This document shows, one piece after another, positions 23,200-37,310 of a stretch of 64,000 nt of DNA. The stretch covers positions 2,294,001-2,358,000 of the forward strand of contig NC_081396.1 in the NCBI RefSeq assembly GCF_030684315.1, read 5' to 3'. Under the pieces are notes generated by a model. The model did not search any database. It was not told where the DNA came from and saw only the letters and a list, made by a program, of their open reading frames with translations. The position numbers and the translations under genes were made by a program. Each line of letters begins with the position of its first letter. Position 1 is the first letter of the stretch. The DNA comes from Stegostoma tigrinum. Its lineage: Eukaryota.

Positions 23200-25520
23200 G
23201 GAAGGATCTCTGACTCATTATGTAGATAGGCTGACCGGAGGGGAGGCCATTTTGGATTTGGTGCTTGATAACGAACCAGGCCAGGTGTCAGATCTCTTGG
23301 GAGTGCATTTTGGTGATAGTGATCACAACTGTCTGACCTTTACCATCATCATGGAGAGGGATAGGAGCAGACGGAATGGGGAAGTACTTAATTTGGGGAG
23401 GGGGAATTGCAATGCTCTTAGGTAAGAACTGCAGAGCTTAAATTGGGATCAGATGTTCTCAGAAATGCATGACAGAAATGTGGAGGTTTTTTTTACGGAA
23501 CAGTTGCTACAAGTACTGGATAGGTTTGTCCCGCTGAGGCAAGGAAGGGTTGGTAAGGTGAAGGAACCTTGAATGACAAGACATTTGGAACAGGTATTCA
23601 AGAGGAAGAAGGAATCTTACTTAAGTTTGAGGAAACAAGAATCAGACAGGGCTGTAAAGGTCTACAAGGTAGCCAGCAAGGAAGTGAAAAATGGACTTAG
23701 GAGAGCTAAAACCAGATATGAGCAAACCTTGGCGGGTAGGATCAAGGAAAACCCAAAGGCCTTCTATGCTTATTTGAGCAACAAGAGAATGGCCAGAGTG
23801 AGGGTAGGGCCAGTCAGGGATAGCGGAGGGAACTTGGGTGTGGAGTCAGAGGAGGTCCTTAATGAATACTTTGCTTCAGTATTCATCAGTGAGAGGGACC
23901 TTGCCATTTGTGAGGACGGTATGAAACAGATAGATATTATCAAACGGGTTATGTTAGGAAGGAGGATCTGCTAGAAATTTTGAAAGACATGAGGGTAGAT
24001 AAGTCCCCTTGGCCAGATGGGATATACCCAAGGTTGTTGCGCGAAGCAAGGAAAGAGATTGCTACCCCTTTGGCAATGATCTTTGCATCCTCACTGTCTA
24101 CTGGAGTAGTACCAGATGATTGGATGGTGACAACTGTCATTTCCGTTTCAAGAAAGAGAATAGAGATAATCCTGGGAATTACAGACCTGTCAGTCTTACA
24201 TCTGTGGTGGACAAATCATTGGAGAGGATTCTGAGAGATAGTGTTTATGATTATTTGGAAAAGCACAGTTTGATTAGAAATAATCACCGTGGCTTTGTGA
24301 AGGGCAGGTCATGCCTCGCAAGCCATATTGAAATCTTTGAGAATGTGACAAAACACATTGATGAAGACAGAGCAGTGATGGCATGTATATGGATTTTAGC
24401 AAGGCATTTGATAAGGTTCCCCATGATAGGCTCATTCAGAAAGTAAGGAGGCATCGGATTCAGGGAAATTTGGCTGTCTGGATACCAAACTGGCTGCCCA
24501 GTAGAAGACTGAGGGTGGTAGTAGGTGGAAAGCATTCAGCCTCGAGATTGGTGACCAGTGGTGTTCCGCAGGGATCTGTTCTAGGACCTCTGCTGTTTGT
24601 GATCTTTATAGGAAGTGGAAAGGTAGGTTTGTAAGTTTGCCAAAGACATATGGTCAGTGGAGTTGTGGACAGTGTGGAGGGCTGCTGTTGCTTGCAACGG
24701 GGCATTGACAGGATGCAGAGCTGGACAAAGAAGTGGCAGAAGGAATTTAACCCAGTAAAGTATGAAGTGTGAAGGTTAAATCTGAATGCAGAATACAGGG
24801 TTAATGGCAGGATTTTTGGCAGTGTGGAGGAACAGAGGGATCTTTGGGTCCCCGTCCATATATCCCTCAAAGGTGCTACCCAAGTTGATAGGGTTGTAAA
24901 TAAGGCATCTAGTATGTTGGCTTTCATTGGCAGGGAAGTTGAGTTTAAGAGCTGCGAGGTTATGCTGCAGCTCTGTAAAACACTGGTTATACCACACTTG
25001 GAATATTGTGTTCAGTTTGTTCACCTCATTACAGGAAAGATGTGTAAGTTTTGGAGAGGGTGCAGAGAAGATTTACCAGGATGCTACCTGGACTGGCGGG
25101 CCTTGTGAAGAAAGGTTGAGGGAGCTAGGGCCTTTTTTCATTGGAGTGAAGAAGGATAGGAGGTGATTTGTTAGAGGTGTACAGGATGATGAGAGGCAGA
25201 GATAGAGTGGATAGTCAGAGACTTTTTCCCGGGGGGAAATGACTATTATGAGGGGGCATAATTTTAAGGTGATTCAGGGAAGGTGTAGGGGAGATGTCTG
25301 AGGTAGGTTCTTTACACAGAGAGTGGTGGGTGTGTGGAATGCGCTGCCAGCAGTGGTCGTGGAGTCAGACACTTTAGAGACTTTGAAGTGACTCTTGGAT
25401 AGGAATATGGAGGATAGTAAAATATAGGGTATGTGGGGTAGTTTGATGTTAAAAGGATAATAGGTTGGCACAACATCGTGGGCCAAAGGGCTTGTACTGT
25501 TTACTGTTCTATGTTCTATG
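23200..25520 (+). mobile_element. CR1 LINE, ~2.3 kb, frameshifted (EN, RT and tail)
   Basis: KENPKAFY, KSPWPDGIYPRLL, PGNYRPVSLTSVV, YMDFSKAFDKVPH, GVPQGSVLGPLLF; TTCTATG tail. Confidence 0.95.
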
Positions 25521-25769
25521 CTCTCCTTTGACTCCTGCATTTCTTTCCCTTTCTCTCTGCCTTCTTTCACCTCTCCATCCTCCCATAGAGGCCAGAGTTT
25601 TGTATAGGTCCGGCTCGACTTGTGGGTCTCCTTTCCCTCATGGTGATACTGAGCCAGTTGGGTTTTTAACCATAATCCAGCAGCATTCGTGATCACTTTC
25701 TCCTGGGGCCAGCCCCACAAATTACCAGATTCATTCCCATCTATTTCACAACCTGCCGTGGTGTTTTTG

Positions 25770-26612
25770 CAGGTTCTCTCTCGTTCCCTTCTTTCTGTTT
25801 CACTGCATTTTCACAGGGGGTTGAAAGTGTAGATCTGCTGCTGAGAGCATCACACCAGGATCTGTCAGACTAACCTGGTTTATTGTAACCTGAACATCAT
25901 TTGATTCTGAAAATGAGAGGAAGAGGAACAATTAGGAGAAATCATGGGAATGTGAAGGTTGTGACAAGAGTTTCAGGTCTTGTACTGCACTGGCAGTGCA
26001 TCAGCAAATTCACACCAGGGAAGGGCCTCAGTCAGTTATGCCACCTGCTGTTACAATCAGCAAATATACACAGGGGCGAAAATATTCACCTGCTCTGAGT
26101 GTGGGAAGGGATTCATTCAATCCTATTGACACACTAGCAAGTCTACACTGGGGAGAAACTGTTTATCTGCTTAGTGTGTGAGAACGGTTTGCTGGTTCAA
26201 CCAGTTTACTGATGCACAAGTGGATTCACACCGGTGAGGGAACTTTTACTGCCCAAGACTGTGGGAAGAGCTTTCAGGGGGAGACACCATTTTCCTCCTC
26301 CAAGTGTGGGAAGGCATTCACAATGTCATCTGCGCTTGTGAAACACCAGTGGGTTCACACTGGGGGGAGGCCTTCACCTGCTCAGAGTGTGGAAAGCAAT
26401 TCACTCAGTTAACCAACCTGCTGAGATACCAGTGAGTTCACACTAGAGAGAGACATTCACCTGCTCTGACTGTGGAAAGGCATTCACTAATTCCTCCAGT
26501 CTGCTGACACACCAGCGAGTTCACACTACAGAGAGACATTCACCTGCAGTGACTGTGGGAGGGAATTCATTCAGTTATTCAACCTGAATAGATACCAGCA
26601 TCTCCACAAATA
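25770..26612 (+). pseudogene. C2H2 zinc-finger pseudogene
   Basis: Repeated TGTGGGAAG..CACCAGCGAGTTCACACT units broken by frameshifts and stops; shared 3' module follows. Confidence 0.88.
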
Positions 26613-26899
26613 ACTCCAGTGACTGAATTTTGCTTTTAATTAAATCAATTCTAAATGCCTTCAATAAAGTGTGAGCACCAGATAAATAAATGATGTTTGC
26701 TGCTAAATATGAACTAGATTCATTTAACCCTGGGAAATTCTCTCCCCTTGAAGTCTTGAAACAGGCTTTTTTTTAAATAAACTTGTGCTGTTGACATTTC
26801 ATGATACAAACAGCAGAAAAGAATATGGTGAAGGATGTGAGAACCATTACGGTTTCCCTATGCAGGTTGAAATCCAGCTGCCCACATTTCTGAAAACCA

Positions 26900-29410
26900 A
26901 TGAATAAGAAAAGGTTGGTTAAAGGAGGAACAGGACCAATTTGGGAGCTCAGAAGTGAGGAACATTATGTGCTGAATAAATACTTAATATGTGTCTGACA
27001 AGGAAGCACACGTTCTGGTCATGGTAACACAGGAGGAAGTCAGTCAGGAGAAGAATTGGGAATTGATGTGAGGGAGGTTCTGGAGAAGGTGTCGGTATTT
27101 CAAATTGATGAAGCCCCAGGATCAGATGAGATATATCGAAGGTACCGAAAGAAGTGAGAGTGGACATCGAGGGGACACTGGCCAGAATTGTTCAGTATTC
27201 CTTAGACTCTGCACTGGTGTCAGACTATGGGAGAATTACAAATAATAATGCCCTTTTTTTTTAAAATGGATGCGCCAAAAAGTACAGACCAGCCAGTTTA
27301 ACTGCAGGAAACTTCTCATAACAGGTGTTCAAGATAGAATTAACAGTCACGTTGTCAAACGTTTTCATTTAAGAAAAGCCATTCTTCAATAAAAATCACT
27401 TCTAACTGAGTTGCCAGAATTTTTTGATGAGGAGTGCAAGACAGTGGGTGAGGGTAGTGCTGTTGATGTGATGTACATTGACGTCCAAAAGGCATTTGAT
27501 ATGTTGCCTCACAAGAAAAGAGGGAGTGTTAATGTCTTTCAGTTCTGTTGGTGCAAGTAGATCACCCTGGCTATTTCTCTCATGGTTCTTTATTCCATTA
27601 AAAATGACTAAATTCCTGTTTGAATCAGCAGTTTAACAAGAATACAATGGCTGTAGACATGATAGTGAGGCATGATGCCTAATGATCTTTCGTTTTCATG
27701 CTGGGATACATGTAAGGAAATTTAGAGCCCATAGAATAAATTTAAATACAATATTGGCTGAATAAGTGAAAGCAGAATAATGGTTAATGGGGATCTTGTG
27801 GGCTGGAGTAAAGTTTGTCTCAAGAGTTTCCTAGCAATCAATATTGTGAGCCTTCCTTATTCTGCTTTCTATGAATGTTCAAGATCCTGGTGTAGAGTGG
27901 GCAGTTTCAAAGTATGGGGACAGAATAAGGCTGAAAAACGTTAGATACTGAGCTGAATAAAGTTAGAATTCAAGTGACACAGACAATGTGGTGGGACTGG
28001 GCCAATAGCTGGCAGATGATGTTCAATGGCATGAAATGTGAGGTGACTGCTTCTGGTCGGAAGATCAGCATTCTCTTATCTCCTACAGTACAAATATTGT
28101 TCTCCCTTTGCATTGGTATTTCTTGTGAATTGTTTTGATGAGTGCAAGGATGAAAGCTTCAACAAAGTGGAATGGGCAAATTGGTAGCAGACAAACTTAA
28201 ATATGGAGAATGTGAGGTGATAGACTTTGTTGTAAGGAACATGGAGAGACAGTGTCCAGTAATGAATCCTATTCTAAAGGCTGTGCAGGCCCAGAGACCT
28301 GTGTGTTTGTGTATGCGCAATAAGCAATAAAGGTGTTTGGACAGGTGGAGAGAGCTGTTCATAAAGCAGGCTGCATCCCAGGCTTTGTCAATAGGTTCAC
28401 AAAGGATAAGATTGATAGCATTATGGTAAACTTTTAGACCACAATAGTTAGACCTTGTTACACCTGATCTGGTGCCACACCTCAAGAAGCATGTAAATGA
28501 ATTGAGAGTGTGCAGAAGAGATTGATGCGAGTTCTCCAGGATGAGAAACTTCAGGTATGAAGTTAGATTACAAAAGTTGGAATGAATTTTCTTGGAGATT
28601 TGATGCAATATTTCAAAATCCTGCAAGGTTCTGACAGTCGATGAGAAGACGCTGTTCCTGCTAGGAAAAAGATCAAGAATGAGGTTGAACAGATTAAAAG
28701 TGTTTGGTAAAAGAAGCAAATCTGAAGTGAGAAAGTTGTTCTTATTCACACAGCATGTAGTTAGGATCTGGAACAAACTGCCTGGATCAATGGCTGCATT
28801 TGTCGGGGTATCGGATCACTGTTTCCATTTCAGTAATACGCAGTGGATTGTCATGCCTTTTCCACAATACGGGATGGTGTGAAAGGAGAAATTTAAGAAT
28901 CTGTATTCAGTCACAACTTGTGACGGTTTGGTTAAACTTTGCTGTTGAAGTATAAATACTATTGGACTGCTGTCAGTGAATTGCAATGTAGTCCTCTAGT
29001 AGGGAGTTCAATTGACACTTACTGTGTATTGATCGGAGTGTAGGAGGTTGGGGGATTGATAATAGAGAAGCTGATAATATCATGGGGGCATATCATGTGG
29101 TGAATCACAAAGTCTTTCCCTTAGGGTAGGGGAGTTCAAAACTAGATTTTTAAACTTTAATGGGGACCTGAGGGGCAACTTTCTCATAGGATGGTTTGTA
29201 TGTGGAATGAACTGTCAGAGGAACTGGTAGATGCAGGCACAGTTGCAACATTTAAAGACTTTTGTTTGCTCGGGTATGTAAATAAAAAAGTTTTAGAGGA
29301 ATGTGGGCCAATTGCAGACAAATAGGCCTAGTTCAGTTAGGGAAACTTGGTCAGCATGGATATGTTGGATCAAAGGGCCTATTTCTATGCTGTATGACTC
29401 ATATGTTACT
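26900..29410 (+). mobile_element. Nested old CR1 fragments
   Basis: YIDVQKAFD-like motif at ~27470; SEVRKLFLFTQHVVRIWNKLPG at 28720-28790; CR1 3' tail near 29400. Confidence 0.7.
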
Positions 29411-30879
29411 CAGTCATTGTGCTCATACGCGGAGCCAGTGTTGACATGTTGGGCCCGATAGCCTCCTGCTGGATAACAATTATTTCTTAATTTTGTGACT
29501 GAACCATCAGTGTTTGGTTCTGCTGATGTTGGTAAACTCCATCCCTGGTCAGCTGAAGAGCACAATTCAGGAGTGTAATGGAATACTGCCAAGCTGCCTA
29601 GATTATTGCAGCTCAAAATCACTCACCACAACATGGTCTGCGTTACTGACAAAGTTCCTAATAGCTTCAGTATCCACTTCCTACTCCGCTGAAGTGCAGT
29701 ATGCACCACCTACAAGGTGCATTACAGTAAGTCATCAAGGTTCTTTCAACAGCACATAATTCTATCACCCTTCCTTCTCAGTAGAAATTATCAGAATACT
29801 GCAACTTAGAATTCCCTTCCAATCCGTGCACCATCCCGAGTTGGAAAGTCGTTGCCATTACTGTGGCTTGATCAAAATCCTGGAACTCCCCTCTATACAG
29901 GACTGCAGGTGTCCCTACATTACATTGACTGCAGCACTTCAGAAGCTAGCTCACAACCACCTCCAGTTCAAAATGGGCAATAAATCTATGTGGTGAAGAC
30001 CAAATCCCATGAATGAACAGAAAATGTTAGATTTCTGGTATGTGGAGCGAGACGTTCCGACAATTACCCTTTGGGCAGAGAAGGTGAAGTAGTGATTTAG
30101 TTGAGGTACAGATTTGTTTCTAGGAGTTTTTATCTGAATTGAGAGAATTATTTACATTGACAAAATGTTTAGTAATTACAGAATGCAGTTTTCAGATAAT
30201 TAGAAAATAATGCAAGGTGAAAATGTGGAGATTATTTGATTCAAGTTGTGAGGATCTGGAACAAATTAGTTGCTAGATAGAAACAGATTCTGCAAGCATT
30301 TTCAAAAGTAATTTGGAATTTAACGTAATGAGGAAAGAATTAGTGAGCTCTGACCACAAGGCAGTGAAGTTGGGATGTAATTGCAGAATTTTTCAAGAGA
30401 GTATGGCCCCAATGAAGGTGAATGGCCACCAGCCCCTGTGCTGTGTGACACTGCACCATTCACTGTCAATGATGAAGCTCATCCCAGGTGAGGGAATCTC
30501 TTGAATTGAGGGAAGGGTCACAGATGGAGCTTTTTAAAAGCCACATTTCCAGAATATAGTACAGGCAGTCCCTGGTTTGCAAATGGGTTCCATTCTGCAG
30601 ACTATTTGCAAGTTGACTTGTACACAAGTCCGAACACGATGCAGGACCATATACAGGAACCATTTGTTAAGAAAGAAAATGTTTGTATGTTGAATCTTTA
30701 AAATTACACCCTTGTGTGATTGCATTTGTATGTGCCAGCTTTCATAAGTCGTAAATCAGGGAACCCCTGTCTTCCAACCGGTTAATTGGATTGGCAACAT
30801 CAGTAAAAACAGAGATTATTATCAGATTATAAATCTGGTATGTGATTAACAGTAGAATCTAACACCCACAGTTACTCCA

Positions 30880-32065
30880 CGATCTTGTTGGTGCTGTCAC
30901 TGAATGAATCCTTCCCATTACACAGTGCAGTTGAGTGGCCTCTCCCCTGTGAGAGTGTGTTTGTGTAAATGCTGGCTGTCAGACTGAGGGAATCTGCCCC
31001 CACACATGGAACAGATGAATGGCCTCTTCTCCAATGTGAATTTTCTGGTGTGCATTCAAGTTGGATGACTACTTAAACCTCTTTCCACAGTCAGTGCATT
31101 TGAATGGGCTTTCTTCAGTGTGAACGTGTTAGCGTAAAATGACTCAGGATCGTTTAGTAAACCCCTACCCATGTACGAAGCAGACAAATGGTGTCTCCCC
31201 AGTGTGACTGTGTCTCTGAATTTTAAGCTGGGATGGATACAAGAATCCTTTACCTCTCCTCACATTTCAACAATTTTTGCAGAGCACCATATGTGACTGA
31301 GCCAATGCATTTCGAGCAATGATAGATAATTAATTACTTTACCACAGGCCTTACATCTCCATGGTTTTACCATTGCGTCAGTGATGACATGCCCCTCCAG
31401 TTTGCATAATTTGTTGAAGCCTTATCCACAACTGTACGGTATCCCTCCACTGTGAATGGGATGATTTTTTTCGGGCTGTGTGACTGGATATAGTTATTTC
31501 CACAGATTTTTTTCTAGAATACTCTTGGTTTAGACTCAAACACACAACCAATGACGTTTAAAGTCTTTTCCCACTGGCAGAACAAGCAGCTCTTCAGGTT
31601 CTAATGAAGCAAGTGATGGTTAGGTCTTAACCAGACATTTGATTTAAGTTTCCTCTGCCCAACATCTTCACTGAATCCAAACATTTACAAAAGTCATCTT
31701 TGTTGGTCCAGGATACAAATTCAGAATAAAGTCCAGTCTCTATGGAGGATTTATTCCTTTCTTGTGTCCCTAAAGATGTGGAGATCAGTCCCACACACCT
31801 CCCTTTTCCCATCTTCTGGAACACCACAGACTTCCCTGCTAAAGTTGGAGCAGGTGAATTGCCTGGCCCCAGTATGACTTGCACCACTGAGTTTCTAGTT
31901 CAGGAGGAACCTGAATCCCTTCCCGCCATCCCTTCATTTCCATGGTTTCTCCTTTCTGTCACTATATTTGTGCTTTGACAGACTGATTGATTGGCTGAAG
32001 CCTCATCCACACACAGAACACACATTCTGTTTCTCCCCGCTGTGAATGGTGCTTTTTCCTTCCAT
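30880..32065 (-). pseudogene. C2H2 zinc-finger pseudogene(s), two modules
   Basis: ATG at 32065 MEGKSTIHSGEKQNVCSVCG*; second upstream module at ~31620-31720, then decayed fingers (HTEESPFKCTDCGKRFK) to ~30880. Confidence 0.8.
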
Positions 32066-32571
32066 GGTCACAACCTGATGATATTTCAAATTGTGATAAC
32101 TTGCTTAATTCTGTTAAACCCTGCTGTGGTATTTGATTATAGTTTTCCAAATGCAAATCTACTTTATGCCTTGTGAAATTGACTGAAAGCAGAAGAAAGG
32201 GAGTCATAGCAAACCCAAGGAACCACAAAGGCAGGTTAAGAAACCAGCTGAATGAAGCTGATAATTTTTAAGGTCAGCACGAGCAAAAAGGACAGTGAAA
32301 GATTGTCACAAAAACCCAACTGATTGACTAATATCCTTAGAGGAAAGGAACCTGCCATCCAGTCCAGGCAGTCACAAGATTCTGGGCTACATACAAAGTA
32401 AGCGGAAAGACAGATGTGACTGCCTGATTTTACTAACCTGCAACACAAGCAGATTTTGACAAAATTTCAGTGAAAAATGCAACTTCATAGAACATTCCAT
32501 TTGTTTATGAAATTGTTATGATTTGCAAGGTGCTGTAGCTGTGTGTTTTCCCTATACTTTTGTATGCTGTT

Positions 32572-32985
32572 TTACAGAGACAGGGAGGTTTGTGAGACTG
32601 GAGGAGATTGTAAAGCGAGGAATGATTGTAAAGCGAGGAATGATTGTATGGACTGGAGGCCATTTTAGAGATGGTGAGAGGATTGAGAGATAAGGAGAAT
32701 TGAGAGGCTGTAGGAGATAACAGAGAAAGGGAGCTTTGTCGGGGCTGAAGAAGTTTAGGGATAAGGACATTTGTGAGGCAGGAGGAAATTACAGTGATAG
32801 GGAGGGCTGGAGGGGATTATAGAGACTGAACACTCTGAGACTGGAGGAGATTGCAGAGATAAGGAGGATTGAGAGTTTGGAGGAAATTCTAGAGACGGGG
32901 AGAATTTTAAGGCTGAAAAGGATTACAGAGAAAGATGGAGGAATGTAACACTAGGAGATTACAGAGATAGGGAGGATTGTGAGAA
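32572..32985 (+). repeat. Purine-rich degenerate minisatellite (~36-bp unit)
   Basis: About 10-11 diverged copies of approximately GGCTGGAGGAGATTACAGAGATAGGGAGGATTGTGA. Confidence 0.75.
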
Positions 32986-33884
32986 TGCACAGCATTATTG
33001 TCTAAACAGCATTCTGGTGTGCTTACAGCACATGGATTGCAGCAGCTCAAGAAGAAAGGTCCCCTTCACTTTCTCCAGGTCAAATAAAGATGGACAATAG
33101 ATACTGGTCTGGGCAGCAAAGACAACACCCTATGAATAAATTAAAATTAAGATCAGTTTCTGTTTTGTGGAGAGGTAGAAGATGGTCCGATAATTCCCTT
33201 TGGAGCTGAGAACATTTAGCAGTGAATTAGTCGAGGTGTGGATTTGTTCTCAGGATATTTCATTTGCAGAGAGAGAGAGAGAGAGAAATTATTAACATTG
33301 TCACAATGTTTAGTAACCTCAGCACAGCCTTCACATAATCGGCAAACAATGCAAGATGAAAATGTGAAAATTATTTTACTTGGCAAGTGTTCTAAGGATA
33401 TGGAAAAGTCTGAACAGCAGCTGGATGTGGATTCAGCCGTTATCCTCCAAAGACGTTTGGAATTTAACTTTTTAAAAGAAGAATTGGAGGGCTATGAGCA
33501 AACAGCGGGGGCGTTAGAATAGATTTGCACCATTTCTGGAGTGCGAGAATACAGTCACAATGGGCTGTTTGGCCACCAACCCCTTTGGTCTGTGATACTG
33601 CACCATTCACTGGGAATGATGAAGCTCCCTCCAGGTTGGAGGGAGGGAGGATCCCAGCACTCGTCTCGAAATGGAGCCCAGCTGATTGACGGCTCCTGAT
33701 GGACCAGTTACAGGACAGTGTGCAGAGCTGACAGCCCACATGGATGTGGCTAGTCTCCATCCAATGGAAGTGAATGTAGGTATGGGGCAAGAAAGCCTCA
33801 ATGCTGTTGTAACTGGCACCTGAGTGAATGCGGTAGGTGGTGATGGGGAAGCAAGTGATTTTATGAACATCTAGTTTAGGTCTC

Positions 33885-34260
33885 TAGATCTGAAGATGGC
33901 TGCGGGCCTGAGGCAGTCGTAGGCCCCAGGTAACTGCTGCCGTCTTTATTGGGGGTGATGTGCAGCAGTGCCCAAGCGCATATTTCTTGCGGTTGTGGAG
34001 TGATTTGAAGAAGAGCATTTACATAGAAAACTGAAACCAAGAGAAATGTTTGTCTTTTCTAGATTTCTATCCTGGACTGCCAGTGATCTTTGTGAATTCA
34101 TTTTACAGGGTATTAAATTGATAAAATTTTGCAGACCAGGATCTCAAAACAAGTACTGACAGTCAGCAGAGGCACCAGGATCTGAATATGGGAATTTAAC
34201 TGTGGAAGGAAAAAGGTTTGTCTGTTCTGTCTGTGGGGGAAAAAAATCCCAATCTGTTTT
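33885..34260 (+). promoter_or_regulatory. ZNF-type promoter/first exon plus truncated finger relic
   Basis: YY1-like AAGATGGCTGC, donor CCCAG|GTAAC, acceptor TTTTACAG, then VEGKRFVCSVCG. Confidence 0.5.
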
Positions 34261-34899
34261 TAAATTAAAAAGAAGCATCATGTTCAAACTCGTGGTCAGA
34301 TCACCCGGGGTATGTGTTTAGTTCTGGGCCCTGCAGCTGAGAAGGAGATACTAGCCTGAGAGGCACAGCTTTCTCCAAATAATAACTCAACTCTTTGAAA
34401 GAACTGTTTCAATCACCCATTTCATGATTTTAGCTTTTATACTCTTCATTCTCAAATTCCTGTAAACTTGCCTTTAAAATTCCTATGGACTCAAATTCCA
34501 GTACCCTTTCAGGTGAAACCTTCCAGATCCTGACAACTGTTGGTCCTTAATGTGTTGAAGTCCACTGAGAGTCTAGAGAGTTATAAAGTGCTGAATTGAA
34601 AGATGAGCTGATTTGGAACAGTACAAGATGCTGAGGTCAGACATTTGAAATGACAAGCCTGCACTGTCAGTGCTGTTTGGCTCAATGAGAGTGTTTTGGA
34701 ATTGAGTGCATTGAAGTAAAAAATTAGGTGAAACATGGAGAAGGCAAAGCTGAAAGTTTGAGTGTGATGCTCATACTTAGTTCAGGCTTTTCGGAAAGTG
34801 GCATGGTCCCAATGGAAATAGCCAATTAGTAAGCGAACACCTGCAGGGAGTTTTCTGACAGTTTTAAAAATATAATATTCAGCTTAAGTACACGTAGGA

Positions 34900-36130
34900 G
34901 CTTTTGATTATGATAGAAGTGTTTGAAATGAAAGAAAATCACTGACTCAATATCTTAAAGGGAGTAACTGGCTTAACGTAGGGAGAAGTCCTGACAGGAG
35001 ACCTTGGACGCGTGCTATGATACTCTTGCACGGTGTAGAAAATAAGAGATGCTTCCAGGTGTGTCCATCTGTAGCTATTGATGAACTACTTTTTTGAGCT
35101 GGAGTTGTGGGTGACTAACTATGGAGCATGATGTGTGATTCTGTAAATATCATGGACGGCAATTTTAAAATTAAAATAGAATCCCTTCAGTGTGGAAACA
35201 GGCTATTCAGCCCAACAAGTCTACATTGATCCTCCAAAGAGCACCCCACCCAGACTCAGCCACTGACACTATCCCTGTAACGCTGTATTTCCCATGGCTA
35301 ACTCACCCAACCTTCAAATCCCCGAACACTGTGGATAATTTAGCACAGCCAATCCACTTAACCTGCATATCTTTGTAACGAGAGAAGAAATTGGAGCACT
35401 CCTTGGAAGCTCATGCAGAAACGGGAAAGTGTGCAAGCTCCACACAAACTCCTCAAGGATGGAATTGTACCAAGATTCCCAGTGCTATGAGGTAACAGTG
35501 ATAACCACTGAGCCGCAGTGATCACAGCCTTTGTCAAAGTGCTCACATTGCAGGTGAGAGTTACATGTAGTAAGCTGCATAAAAGGGGAGAAAAACAAAT
35601 GGCAGAGCTACAGTGACATGGGGTTCAGAATAGTAAGGGCTACTGACAGGCATGACTACAGGATGGTACGTTGCCTTCCTGATGCCAGGATGAAGGATGT
35701 TATGCAGTGGCTGCATTCTGGAGCTAGAGGGCGAACAGCCAGTGATTGTGGTTCACAGAGGGACTGATTACACAGTTAAACACAGGGATACGTATCTGAA
35801 AGTTGAATATAGGAAGAGAAGAGATAGATTAAAATGCAGAACCAAATGTAATAATGTCACGTATACTCCCAGTGCCACATGCTAGCAAGAGCAAGAATAA
35901 GAGAATAGATTAAATGAATGTGTGACTGAGCAATTGTATTCCAGATAAGAGTTTAGCTTCTTTAGGCATTGGGACTATTTCTGGGTAAGGTGCTAGCTGT
36001 ACAAGCCTGACCAGTTGCCCCTGGTCAGAGCTGGGATAAGTCTCCTCATGGGCTCTTTTTGCTAGTTCATTGGGTGAGGTTTTCAACTAGAATGGCAACC
36101 GGAGTGTCGGCTTACATAGGTCAGGTTCAG
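34900..36130 (+). mobile_element. CR1 ORF1 (esterase-like) relic, interrupted by a HE1-like SINE on - at ~35177-35520
   Basis: ILELEGEQPVIVVHRGTD resembles the CR1 ORF1 SGNH motif VVHVGTND; SINE head GGCTCAGTGGTTATCACTG on -. Confidence 0.7.
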
Positions 36131-36414
36131 ATCAGGAAATATGAGGTACAATATTAGTTATCTAGTCCATGATTCAGAAAGACAAAGAAAGGAGAATTAA
36201 ATGAGGATCAAGTGGGTCTTCAGACATCAGCCCTGACATCCCAAAAACCAGTCTGATGAGCCTTCTTTACCCTCTTTCAATGGCCAGGGTATCCTTCCTT
36301 GGGAAAAGAGAGCAAAGGTGCATACAGTATCTCCTCAAAGTTGCAATGTTCCTGCATCTTTGCCACTTCAGATGCCTCCAGGCCTGTTGGATGTCTCTGA
36401 AGTTGTCTGATTTT

Positions 36415-37310
36415 ATGATAACAAAGTGTGAAGCTGGATGAACACAGCAGGCCAAGCAGCATCTCAGGAGCACAAAAGCTGACGTTTCAGGCCTAGACCC
36501 TTCATCAGAGAGGGGGATGGGGAGAGGGTTCTGGAATAAATAGGGGGAGGCGGACCGAAGATGGAGAGAAAAGAAGATAGGTGGAGAGGAGAGTATAGGT
36601 GGGGAGGTAGGGAGGGGATAGGTCAGTCCAGGGAAGACAGACAGGTCAAGGAGGCAGGATGAGGTTATTAGGTAGGAAATGGAGGTGCAGCTTGAGGTGG
36701 GAGGAAGGGACAGGTGAGAGGAAGAACAGGTTAGGGAGGTGGGGACAGGCTGGGCTGGTTTTGGGATGCGGTGGGGGGGAGGGGAGATTTTGAAGCTTGA
36801 AAAGTCTACACTGATACCGTTGGGCTGCAGGGTTCCCAAGTGGAATATGAGTTGCTGTTCCTGCAACCTTCGTGGCACTGCAGGAGGCCCATGATGGACA
36901 TGTCGTCTGAGGAATGGGAGGGGACTTAAACTGGTTTGCGACTGGGAGGTGCAGTTGTTTATTGCGAACCGAGCGGAGGTGTTCTGCAAAGCGGTCCCCA
37001 AGCCTCCGCTTGGTTTCCCCAATGTACAGGAAGCCACACTGGGTACAGTGGATACAGTATACCACATTGACAGAGGTGCAGGTGAACATCTGCTTAATAT
37101 GGAAAGTCATCTTGGGGCCTGGGATGGGGGTGAGGGAGGAGGCATGGGGGCAAGTGTGGCACTTCCTGCGGTTGCAGGGGAAGGTGCTGGATGTGGTGGG
37201 GTTGGAGGGGAGTGTGGAGCAGACAAGGGAATCACGGAGAGAGTGGTCTCTCCGGAAGGCAGACAAGGGTGGAGATGGAAAAATGTCTTGGATGGTGGGG
37301 TCAGATTGTG
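36415..37310 (-). mobile_element. Penelope-like element 3' fragment with GIY-YIG endonuclease and hammerhead core (36480-36508)
   Basis: ORF 36646-37320(-) CNRRKCHTC..NVVYCIHCTQCGFLYIGETKRRLGDRFAEHLRSV; minus strand CTGATGAAGGGTCTAGGCCTGAAACGTC. Confidence 0.93.
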
